From Octopus sinensis (taxonomy: Eukaryota): a DNA stretch of 64,000 nucleotides. The stretch covers positions 103,292,001 to 103,356,000 of the forward strand of contig NC_042997.1 in NCBI RefSeq assembly GCF_006345805.1, in the 5' to 3' direction. The notes under the pieces were generated by a model that was not told where the DNA came from, searched no databases, and saw only the letters and a list, made by a program, of their open reading frames with translations. Positions 1-40,740 of this stretch are shown in pieces (position 1 is the first letter of the stretch; each line of letters starts with the position of its first letter). A program made the translations under genes and the position numbers.

Positions 1-870
1 GGGCTAGTGGAGGAGAAGTGCGACGACGTCCTCGGAGAAACTCTAGGCGTCGACTATGATCAACTAACCAGTCTGTTTCGGAGAACTTCCGAGCCTGGTC
101 CTATGGATAACTTCCAGTGCTACCGAGGGGTGCTGCCTGTTCGAGATAAACTTTATAGGCAGGGAAGTGCCGTCAGTCGGGCCTGCCCGAGGTGCACTCA
201 GAACGATGAAACCGTTCTGCACGCCCTCGTCCAGTGCCCGAGTATTGCTAACCTGAGGGTTTATGTCGAACACCGGCTGTCATGTGTAGGTCGGATCCGC
301 CTATCAGCTGAATCAATGGTGAACATTGCCCCGCTGCCCTCGTTTGGCTGGGAGAACAGGCAGTTTTCTATTTGTCTGCTGGCTGTAACGAAAGAAGTTT
401 GGACTCGTCTGGCAGGGCTAAAGTCAGACACTTTCCTCTTAAGCCAAGCCCTCATCAACTTTTTCAAGTTTCACTCCAAAAGGAAGCTAAGGACGGAGAA
501 GGAAGATAAGGGTGGAGAGGGAAATTAAGGGTGGAGAAGAAAGTGTTGCCTACTAGTAAGTTTGTTGAAAGGTGAGTGAATGCCTGAAGAATGGCCCCAG
601 TGTGAAAGGACCAATTCTGAGCGTACACTTGTTTAAAAAAAGGAATTAAAGGAGAAGGGCTGTTGCCCTATTGGTCAGGCACCCGTGACTTCTGTGGGTT
701 CTTCATGAGGAATTTTAAAGCGCCCCTTCTTTTGGGAGTTTTATAATGTGGAATTTAATTACTTTTATTGTTTGCACACCGTAAAACCCATTGTATCGTC
801 CCGTTTTTGTCTTTTATATTGTTACATGCCCTTTAATGTTAGTTTATGTAAGCACTTGTGGCTAATAAAA
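1..870 (+). mobile_element. 3' fragment of a Tx1/L1-clade LINE (zf-RVT region and 3' UTR), degraded
   Basis: LPVRDKLYR...CPRCTQNDETVLHALVQCP (C-x2-C...H...C finger); AATAAA near 864; same family as 36430-37690. Confidence 0.75.
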
Positions 871-1055
871 GAATGAACTAATATTATATATCCCTTCTCT
901 GGATCTTTCCTTCTCCTGTGTTTCCGACGAAGAGCTCCGCTCGAAACGTTAAACCCTCCTTCTTTCCTTGTTTCCTGAGCGTCCAATAATACTATATTTG
1001 CTCCACGTCCTCGCGGTGTGTTTTTTTTGTGCTTTCTTGTTTGGATTAACTATAT

Positions 1056-1146
<91 letters not shown>

Positions 1147-1437
1147 GAGAGAGAGAGAGAGAGAAAGAAAGAAAGAGAGAGAGTTAAATACATATGTACA
1201 TATCTATCTATCTATATAAATATGTACATACATATAAGAGGGATGGCCTGTAAGTGGACAGCTAGAAGATCCGCTATGGTCTTACTACTAGGAAAGGAAT
1301 GTTCTCAAGAAAATTTAGCAAGCGCCAGAACGTAAGCGAGCAAAACAAATGAAAAGATCACCCTTATTAAATTAATATTCAATTTTTCACCCTTATTATT
1401 TTATATAAATATGTATGTAGGCGTGTCCGCGTACGAC

Positions 1438-1594
1438 GCAGGTGTGGCTATGTGGTAAGAATGTTGCTTCTCAGCCATATGGTTCTGGGTTAGTCATACT
1501 GCGTTGCTCCTTCGACAAATGTCTACTATTATAGCCTCTTGCCGACCAAAGCTCTGTGACTGGATTTGGTAAGCGAAAACTGAGAGAAGCCTGT

Positions 1595-1632
<38 letters not shown>

Positions 1633-1637
1633 ATATA

Positions 1638-1683
<46 letters not shown>

Positions 1684-1840
1684 CACGTGTGTGTGTGTTT
1701 CTGTGTGTGTCTTTGTGTCTATAGTTGTCCCCCAACCCCGCTTGACAACCAGTGTTGGAGTGTTTACGTTCCTGTAACTTAGCGGTTTGGAAAAGTGTCC
1801 GATGAAATAAGTACGAGGCTTTCAAAAAAATAAGTCCGGG
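1438..1840 (+). mobile_element. tRNA-derived SINE, family B (internal microsatellite)
   Basis: gtggctatgtggtaag head and ggcaaatgtctactatagcc core; recurs many times in the window. Confidence 0.8.
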
Positions 1841-1939
1841 GACACTAAGTTCCGGGGACGTAAACAGACCAACACCAGGTGTGAAGTGATGGGGGCGGGG
1901 ACAGTGTCACAAAGACACGCACACGCATGTGTATATATT

Positions 1940-2145
1940 TAGCATGCCGGGCGAAATGCGTAGCCGTATTTCGTCTGTCGTTACGTTCTGAGTTCAAATT
2001 CCGCCGAGGTCGACTTTGCCTTTCATCCTTTCGGGGTCGATAAATTAAGTACCAGTTACGCACTGGGGTCGATGTAATCGACTTAATACGTTTGTTTGTC
2101 CTTATTTGTCCTCTCTGTGTTTAGCCCCTTGTGGGCAGTAAAGAA
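1940..2145 (+). mobile_element. tRNA-derived SINE, family A
   Basis: gagttcaaattccgccgaggtcgactttgcctttcatcctttcggggtcgat core. Confidence 0.85.
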
Positions 2146-2544
2146 ATATATATATATATACACGATGGGCTTCTTTCAACTTCTTTTTAATAAACCCATT
2201 TTGCTCAAAGTGCCACTGAATCTGGAGCTATGTGGGTGGGAAGCAAGCTTTTTATCACACAGCAGCATGTGTATGGGTATAATAGTTTTTTTACCTTTTT
2301 TATTTTACTAATGCTAATCCGTTCTTGCTACACGGAGTTCTCCCTTTTACTAAATGCAACCGTTAATACTGGTTTCGGAGTAGCAGTAAGTCGATTACAA
2401 GAATCCAATGTTAAGTTGGTACTTTCTTTATCAGTTGGTACTTACTTTAAAGTACGAAAGGCAAAGTCGGTCCTGGCGGTATTTGGACTCAGAAGGTAAA
2501 GTCGGAAGAAATGCGGTTAAGCAATTGTTTTTCTCCGATGCGAT

Positions 2545-3002
2545 AACGATTCTTATTTCTTTACTGCCCACAAGGGGATACACACAGAGGGGACAAACAA
2601 GGACATACAAACGGATTAAGTCGATTATATCGACCCCAGTGCGTAACTGGTACTTATTTAATCGACCCCGAAAGGATGTAAGGCAAAGTCGACCTCGGCG
2701 GAATTTGAACTTAGAGCGGAGCGGCAGACGAAAACCGCTAAGCATTTCGTCCGGCGTGCTAACGTTTCTTATTTCTTTATTGCCCACAAGGGGCTAAACA
2801 CAGAAGGGACAAACAAGGACAGACAAACAGATTAAGTCGATTATGTCGACCCCAGTGCGTAACAGGTACTTATTTAATCAACCTCGAAAGGATGAAAGGT
2901 AAAGTCGACCTCGGCGGAATTTTAACTCAGAACGTAGCGGTAGACGAAATACTGCTAAGCATTTCGCCCGGCGTGCTAACGTTTCTGCCAGCTCGCCGTC
3001 CG
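2545..3002 (-). mobile_element. Two tandem SINE-A copies
   Basis: Reverse complement of the 1940-2145 core occurs twice. Confidence 0.85.
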
Positions 3003-3275
3003 ATGATCGGTATTTAAAAATGAGATCGGAATAAAAAAAAAAAACAACGATTCGCTCGCGCTTAGATGCGTGTACACACATACACACTCAAAAGTAGAAA
3101 CACACACCGGAGCACAGGCCCTAATATATATAATACATTAATTTATACATAAATGCATACATTCATTTATACGTACATACATACATACATACATACATAC
3201 ATACATACATACATACATACATACATACATACATACATACATAAGGCAGCATGAGCATTTTCTGATAACTACACT

Positions 3276-3316
<41 letters not shown>

Positions 3317-3619
3317 TAAAGAAAATTTGAAAGACCGACGGCAGATAACTAGAGAAGTAGAAAGTAGATATATAGATATACCGATAGATAGATATTTATC
3401 TAGGTAGATCGACAAACAGGTAGATACACAGACAGACAGATAGTCAATTAACTAACTAGCTAATTTGCTAGCTAGCAAGGCAGACAGATAAATAGATCTA
3501 GATATAAAGATAGGTAAATAGAGTTTTTCGAAATGCAATGCAACTGAGTAACTCGGGAGAAATATCTGAACAGCGGCAATGCTGTTCAGAGATAAAGAGA
3601 ACACACGCATCCGCGCACG

Positions 3620-3704
<85 letters not shown>

Positions 3705-4279
3705 TACACGCTCACACAACACATGTGTTACTGAACGGAGAAACTAACAACCTTCAGGTATAACAAAATATTGCCCCTCCTCGTTTCTATGGTACGCCCT
3801 TCACACGTATCGATTGTACCGGGAAGGTGAGAGATTTCATCCGTGTCGAAATCTGCTGTTTACTCACAGCATACACGGATTTGCTGAGGAAATTTCCAAG
3901 TCCACTCTTCTTCAGTTTGGTCTTTTCCTTTCTTCTGTTTCATTTTTCATTCCTCACTCATTCCTCTTTATAATCCCAATTAAAGTATGTAAATTAATTT
4001 CTTTATACTTCTGAAACATCGTTAAAAATAATTCTATGTTTTGTTATTTGTTTACTTTATTTTATTCATATATAATCAACACGCTGTCGGCCTATGGGCG
4101 GGTCAAACTTTTAGTCGCTTCTACAAAGCACAACCCCCACATCAGCATGCTAACTATACTTCTGTTAGCTATCTTTTTGTGTGCGTATGCGTAAGCTTGT
4201 GTACGTATGCGTGTGCGAGTGTGCGTCTCAGTATGTTTGTTTACGTGTGCTGACGTGTGCGCGCGTGTGTGTGTGTGTA

Positions 4280-4326
<47 letters not shown>

Positions 4327-4347
4327 AGACTGTCGCAAGCACACGCG

Positions 4348-4355
4348 TATATAAA
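4348..4355 (+). promoter_or_regulatory. Possible TATA box of the CA gene
   Basis: TATATAAA about 190 bp upstream of the ATG, just after a (TG)n tract; such motifs are common in this AT-rich DNA. Confidence 0.2.
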
Positions 4356-4543
4356 CAACAGTAAGAGTGTTTGTATGTACACAAACGAATACAAATTAGA
4401 AATAATGTGCACTGCTACTAGCTGTCTTTAAAAACGATAGACGCAGACAGCAGAGTTGTTCATATTTTCGGTGTTATCATTTGTGTCCGGGGACAGGCGC
4501 TGAGTATTAAACATCATTTACCAAACAGAGAAGATTTTTAACA

Positions 4544-33925
<29,382 letters not shown>

Positions 33926-34103
33926 TTAACTAATGTTGTTTACATTACATTTTATATTTTATGATATAATTTTATAATATAATTTTCTAAAGAGAATTTA
34001 GAGCTATAAGTATGTTCGTTTATATAAATATATATTCTAAACAATATACGAAAATGTATTTACAAAATACTAAAATACGTTATTATTATTCTCAGCAACG
34101 TTT

Positions 34104-34417
34104 GTCCCACCGAACAATAAAGAAAGTTTTCAGTATTAGTTCCTGTTCAAAACTAATGAAGGTCACAAGACCGAAATTAGTTATGGCTCTAAATGACTTT
34201 CACCAATCAATTGGCACTGAAATTAGTTGTCAACGTTTCAGGCAGTATTGTTTTGATTTAGTCCCACCGAACAATAAAGAAAGTTTTCAGTATTAGTTCC
34301 TGTTCAAAACTAATGAAGGTCACAAGACCGAAATTAGTTATGGCTCTAAATGACTTTCACCAATCAATTGGCACTGAAATTAGTTGTCAACGTTTCAGGC
34401 AGTATTGTTTTGATTTA
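34104..34417 (+). repeat. Perfect 157-bp tandem duplication downstream of the CA stop, each copy with AATAAA
   Basis: gtcccaccgaacaataaag...ttttgattta at 34104-34260 and 34261-34417. Confidence 0.95.
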
Positions 34418-35819
34418 TGAATTCTCACAATTTTTAGACCGGCTTGATTTGAAACCACAATGTAACACAATGAATAAAAATATTATTCTAACAGTAATTA
34501 ACAGAACCAATTCCCCTTCATGCTATATGCATGTAGGTTCTGTCGAAATGCAAATTTCAATCGATGGTTCTCTGCAAAACATTGGTTGTTACTAAAATTA
34601 ATCATTTACAGGAAATTTAAAAAAATGGGATGAAATCATGGACAATATTTACAAGAGCGATTGCCTTAAGAAAGATTCATTGTTCTCCATAATTAGCATT
34701 TACTTAGATGTTTCATTAAACAGAGCGATTATAAATAATTTCACCAGAAAGGTCTTTATTTTTATTGCTGATTTTTTAAAATCCCTTGGAACTAAATAAA
34801 TATGTTGGTATGTTCTTTTTAATGGTGCAGTTTTAGTTTCAAAAATTAAATTGAAACGTACTGCTTAAGAACAAGAAAAGCCCTACAATTCTGTATTACT
34901 AATATTTATTCCGTTTAAAAAAATATATATACAGTGTTTTTTTTTTACTTTATAACAATTTTCTCATCTTTATTTTTTACTCTTTAATTTTAAAGTTTTT
35001 TACGAACATTTGAAAAATAAATTTTTTAAAAATATAAATTGATGTCACTTGTACTTTTTCATATTAGTTTTAAACCTAACGAGCTTTAAAATATTGATAT
35101 GTTCTTTAGTTTCTTTTAGCTAAGATGACCAAGGCCATTTTAAGACACTGCTTTTCATGTTGCATATTAGACACTCTTCACAAACATAAATTTTACCTAG
35201 TTTAAAACTGAGATGGAAATAGCTGAAATATTTTTCGCAATATTTAACATGTTGCCTCTATTATTTGATTAATAAAAATATTGCTGTTTTTCTTTCAAGG
35301 TTAAAGCGTATCAGTCTAACAGTGAGTATTTCTGCATGAAAATAATGTTTATTTCAAAGGTTTAAGAGGTCATTATTATATACGTGGCAAAATTATGGGT
35401 TACTTTTGGTTCTTTTTTTTCCGTAGTTCATTTTCACCTCGTTATCATCAAATAATTATATATAATTATTTCTTAGGTGAAACTTTACAAATTGGTCTTT
35501 CGAATTTCACAAATTTGAGATAAATATAGGAATGGATATCTTGAATTTCTTCATGTAAGATTTAGCAAAATAAACTCTAAGCTAGAAATATGGAGTGTTG
35601 TGCTAACATTTTTGGCAACGAAAGAGTTATTTTAGCAGTTTAAGAACGCTTAATACTCTCTCTCTCACCAACACACACACATACATACGCATAGGCACAC
35701 ACACAGAGGTACACACACACGTACACACACGCACGCGCGCACACACACACACGCACACACACACATACACATAGGTACACACACCCACAGAGGCACACAC
35801 ACACGTACACACGCGCATG

Positions 35820-35851
<32 letters not shown>

Positions 35852-36044
35852 TATCCACCGAGTTCCCAGATACAACAGTTGGATTTGTAATATTTTTCCA
35901 CAACCTCTTCAATTCTCTACATCATTTGTATACTAAATCGGACCTTTTTATATAAAACTTTTGAATTTCAGGTACTTAATATACTTTATATATTGAGCTT
36001 TCAAGAGGTCGTATGTATTGTTGTTGTATTGTTGTTGTTGCTGT

Positions 36045-36350
36045 TTGTTGTCACCGCTCCTGTTCCTCGTCGTGCTGGACTGGGTTACCAGGATGGCCTA
36101 CGCTACCTCCGGGAAAGGTATTCAGTGGACACTGATGAACAAGCTGGAGGACTTGGACTACGCAGATGATCTCGCGCTACTGTCACATCGCCTGCAAGAC
36201 ATGCAAGATAAGGTAGACCACCTGACAGAAACTTCACGGCGAGTGGGCTTGAGGATCAGCCGGGAAAAGACAAAAGTGCTGCGTATCAACAACAAGCAGG
36301 AAGAGCCAATCACAATCGATGGGGCACCTGTAGAGGACGTTAAAGATAAA
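36045..36350 (+). mobile_element. RTE-clade LINE reverse transcriptase fragment
   Basis: LSPLLFLVVLDWV...LEDLDYADDLALLSH...VGLRISREKTK (YADD motif). Confidence 0.9.
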
Positions 36351-36361
36351 CACATCAACAC

Positions 36362-36429
<68 letters not shown>

Positions 36430-36431
<2 letters not shown>

Positions 36432-37690
36432 TAGATAGATAGATAGATAATGTTCTTTATTACCCACACAAGGCTTCTCACAGACGGGACAAATTACAAA
36501 GTAGAGCTTTTCTTGGTGGTGGGGTAGGCTTTCGATCAAAAGGGGTCGTAAAAAGGAAAGAAAAAAACGATCAATAGGGATCGTGTATCACAGAAATGTC
36601 ATGATGCAAAGTGCAAAAGGGGAAGCAGATAAGGCTTATCCATGGAAAGAAAAGCCTACGGAAAAGACCACGGTAACCTCGGTCAATAATGTCACATGTT
36701 AACACATTTATTTGCAAGTTGGTAACTCTCTATTTTAAATTTTTCCAGGTTCATAGGATTATGCTCAAGGTGGCTTCGTCATTCATACGTGCCATCCTTG
36801 CTACATTCACCCATCTTTTTTTGAAACATTCGCTAAACAAAACTTGCCTCTCTCCTCTCACTTTCCTTTTCAAGTGATACTTGAAGAAGTTGATGAGAGA
36901 TTGACCAGAGAGGAAAGTGCTTATCTCCAATCCTTTCAGACGCGTCCACCAGATACATTCTTTCGCCATAGTATGTTGAAAATAGCTCTTCCCGTTTGAA
37001 GGAAGGAGGCGTGATGATATTGACGATAGACGGCTGATAAACCGACTCGTCCCACACTTGACAGCCGTCGTTCGACATAAGCCCACAGGTCGGAAATGGT
37101 TGGACACTGCACGAGTGCGTGCAGAACAGTTTCGTCGCTCTGACCACATCTCGGGCAGGCCGGCCCCGTGTTTCTTGAGCCGTGTCTGTAGAGCTTATCC
37201 CGAACGGGTAGCACTTCTCGGTTGCACTGCCAGGCCAGGGATCTCTGGAAGTTGTCCATGGGTCCTGGCCCGAAAGTCGTCTTGAACAGGCGGATCAGGT
37301 ATTCCTCGTCGACGTCCATGTTCGCCCCGAGCTCGTCGTCGTACCTCCCCTCCACTAATCCCCTATAGAATGCTTTGGTTGTGTTGAAGTCGCTCAAGGT
37401 CAACCCGGGACGGCATAGTTGCTTGAGAACAACGCGACACTCGCGATGCCATTCGCCCTTCCTCGGTCTCTTTTTGATCCATGACTGCAGTTCGGTCATA
37501 AAGACGAGTTGCGGGAAAGCGTGCCTCACAAACGGTGACCACACCTGTTCACCATCGTCTACGTAGAGCCGGAGATGTCGCAGTCTCAGCGCGTGACTGT
37601 GCATCATCAACCACGGCATGACCAGTCCTCCTTTTAACGGGTGTTGACAGCACATGGATCGCCTGACCATCGGGGCGCATCCTTTCCACA
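36430..37690 (-). mobile_element. 3' fragment of a Tx1/L1-clade LINE with (ATCT)n tail
   Basis: ORF 36936-37691: LAWQCNREVLPVRDKLYRHG...CPRCGQSDETVLHALVQCP; AATAAA then (ATCT)n at the 3' end. Confidence 0.8.
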
Positions 37691-37838
37691 AGAAGTGGAA
37701 GAGAATGCGGGGCTTCTTTCAGCTTCTGTGTACCGAATCCACTCACAGCGCTTTGGTCGACCTGAGGTAATAATAGAAGACACCTGCCCAAGTAGCTACG
37801 CAGTGTGACCGAACCATGAGAGAGAGAGAGAGAGAAAC

Positions 37839-37887
<49 letters not shown>

Positions 37888-38101
37888 TAGATAGATAGAT
37901 AGATAGATAGATATGTGCAGGCGTGGCTGTATGATAAGAAGCTTGCCTCCCGACCACATGGTTACGAGTTCAGTCCCGTGCGTGGCGCCTTCGGCAAGTG
38001 TCTTCTATATAGCCTCAGACGGACCGAAGCCTTGTTAGTCGATGGTAGAAAGAAACCGATAATAATCCCGTCGTGTTAATGTTTGTGTGTGTATATATAT
38101 A

Positions 38102-38149
<48 letters not shown>

Positions 38150-38150
38150 T

Positions 38151-38535
38151 AGGCGCAGGAGTGGCTGTGTGGTAAGTAGCTTGTTTACCAGCCGCATGGT
38201 TCCGGGTTCACCTTGGGCAACTGTCTTCTACTATAGTCTCGGGCCGACCAAAGCCTTGTGAGTGGATTTAGTAGACGGAAACTGAAAAGAAGCCCGTCGT
38301 ATATATGTATATATATATGCGTGTGTGTATTTGTGTGTCTGTGTTTGTCCCCCCTAGCATTGCTTGACAACCGATGCTGGTGTGTTTATGTCCCCGTTAC
38401 TTAGCGGTTCGGCAAAAGAGACAATAAGTACTGGGCTTACAAAAAGAATAAGTCCTGGGGTCGAGTTGCTCGATTAAAGGCGGTGCTCCAGCATGGCCGC
38501 AGTCAAATGACTGAAACAAGTAAAAGAGTAAAAGA

Positions 38536-38536
<1 letters not shown>
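38151..38536 (+). mobile_element. Full SINE-B copy
   Basis: Same head, core and gtaaaaga tail as the other family B copies. Confidence 0.9.
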
Positions 38537-38582
<46 letters not shown>

Positions 38583-39384
38583 TGCATGTATGGGTACGGG
38601 ACATCAACGACGGTGAAAATAACATGAAATACGTAAACAACGAGAAAAAATGGAAAAAAGGACAAGTAAACACAGAGAAAGGCCCCTTCATCAGTTGCCA
38701 GCTGTCTATCTATTTCTCATTTCGAGCATTCAATGACAATATAAGTATTCAAAGACAGTTGCTCTCATGAATTCTAAAATAAAATTTACGATTTATGGAA
38801 GGTCAAAGTTAGGAACAAAAACATAGCAGTGGAGACATACAAGGAAACCGAACGATAAATAACGTGGTGAGACGTTAGACCAGAACGAGAGAAAAATAGT
38901 GAACAGTTTTTTTGAGAAGAGAAAAGATAGAAAAGAGAGAAAAAGAAAAATAGTCCGCTCTTTTGAACGTCCGTGTAGGTAAAGAAAGATGGTCACATGA
39001 GGAAAAGAAAAATGGACGATGGTCATGTGTGAGCAACGAGAGAGAGAGTGAGAAAAAAGAGAAAAGGGGAGAGAGAGAGAGAGAAAACAGTGAAGGGAGG
39101 GAGAAAAGGGGAATTAGAGAGGGTTTGAGGAAGAAAATCGCATAGAGTAGAGAGTCGTATCAAAAAGGTGAAGATAAACTTACTTGGAATTGGATGCGTC
39201 GCGTTCAGTAAAATAATAAATATCATAATATATATATATATAAAATATACACAAGAGAGTAAACAAACAAATGAGAAAGGAACTCATACACTTACTAGTA
39301 TTTAAATATATAACTACCTATAAATATAAGTCGTATGAAAGTTGATCAAACTGTTTTAAATAATAATAATAATAATAATAATAG

Positions 39385-39630
39385 TTTCAAATTTTGGCAA
39401 AAGGCAGCAAGTTCGGGGAGGGTTAAAAGCTGATTACATGGATCCTAGTGTTTTCGAGCCCGAAAGGATGAGAAGCAAAGTCGACCTCGGTGGAATTTGA
39501 ACTCAGAACGCAAAGACAGACGAAATACCTCTATGCATTTTCCCCGTAATGCTAACGATTCTGCTAGCTAGCCGCCTTAAGTAATAATAATAATAATAAT
39601 AGTAATAATAATAATAATAATAGTAATAAT

Positions 39631-39661
<31 letters not shown>

Positions 39662-39669
39662 GTAATAAT

Positions 39670-39702
<33 letters not shown>

Positions 39703-39880
39703 CCTTTCTACTATAGGCACAAGGCCTGAAATTTGGGGAAGGGGAGTAGTCGATTATATCGACTGGTACTCAATTTATCGACGTCGAAAGGATGAAAAGC
39801 GGAATTTGAACTCAAAACGTAGCGACGGGCGATATACCGCTAAGCATTTCGTTACTGATTCTGTCAGCTCGCCGGCTTAA
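39385..39880 (-). mobile_element. Two degraded SINE-A copies separated by (TAA)n
   Basis: gaaaggatg...gtcgacctcgg...gaatttgaactc core twice. Confidence 0.75.
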
Positions 39881-40554
39881 TAATAATAATAATAATGATA
39901 ATAATAATAATAATAATGGTTTCGAATTTTTCCATAAGGGCAACAATCGAATTGTTAGGGACCATGTGAGAATGCAGTTGTGTGGGGTAGAGTAAAGATT
40001 AAAGGAAGAGGTGAGTGTATAGATATGCGTATTAGATGTGTATCTGTGACTGGAAACAGCCAGAAGAGAGACTATTGTGCATGTTGAAGTTTAGTGGCAT
40101 TGGTTAGTTTGGTATGGGGAGGTTTATGTACGTGTAATTGTTGGATAAGTAGTGTAAAAGAGATTGCGTGTGGAGGTGAGAGCTTGTGAAAGTCCGTGGG
40201 TATAAAGCAATATGAAGTTGTTATTGATGAGTGTGCAAGTACAAGAAAAGGAAAAGCTTAAACTATAAATGAAAAATAAGAGAAAAATTTTGAATTCCGC
40301 AACCAATAGATAAATCAAAGAAATTAGTATCATCGCAAATGCACAAAGCAATAAAATATTAGATACTAAGCAAAATTTAGTTTTGATTTCAATTTGTAAC
40401 CATTTTGAAAGATGAAAATATTGCTTAGAAAAGACGAAATAAAAAATCCCTATCTCGATGATATGTCCTATACTGTGCATCCATGATCCCTGTAATAGGA
40501 ATTAAAAATTATTCCTTAAAGTTTTCATCGCTGCAAATATTAATTTCAAAATTT

Positions 40555-40740
40555 GGTACAAGGCCCACAGTTTTGGGGGTGAGCTAGGTCGATTAATACT
40601 GATACTTATTTTATCGAACCTGAAAGGATGAAAGGAAAAGTCGACCTCGGCAGAATTTCAATTTAGTACGTAAAGACGGACTAAATGCTGCTAAGCATTT
40701 GACCCGACATGCTAACGGTTCTGCCCGCTCGCCGCCTTCA
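40555..40740 (-). mobile_element. SINE-A copy
   Basis: Same core as 1940-2145, reverse strand. Confidence 0.75.
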
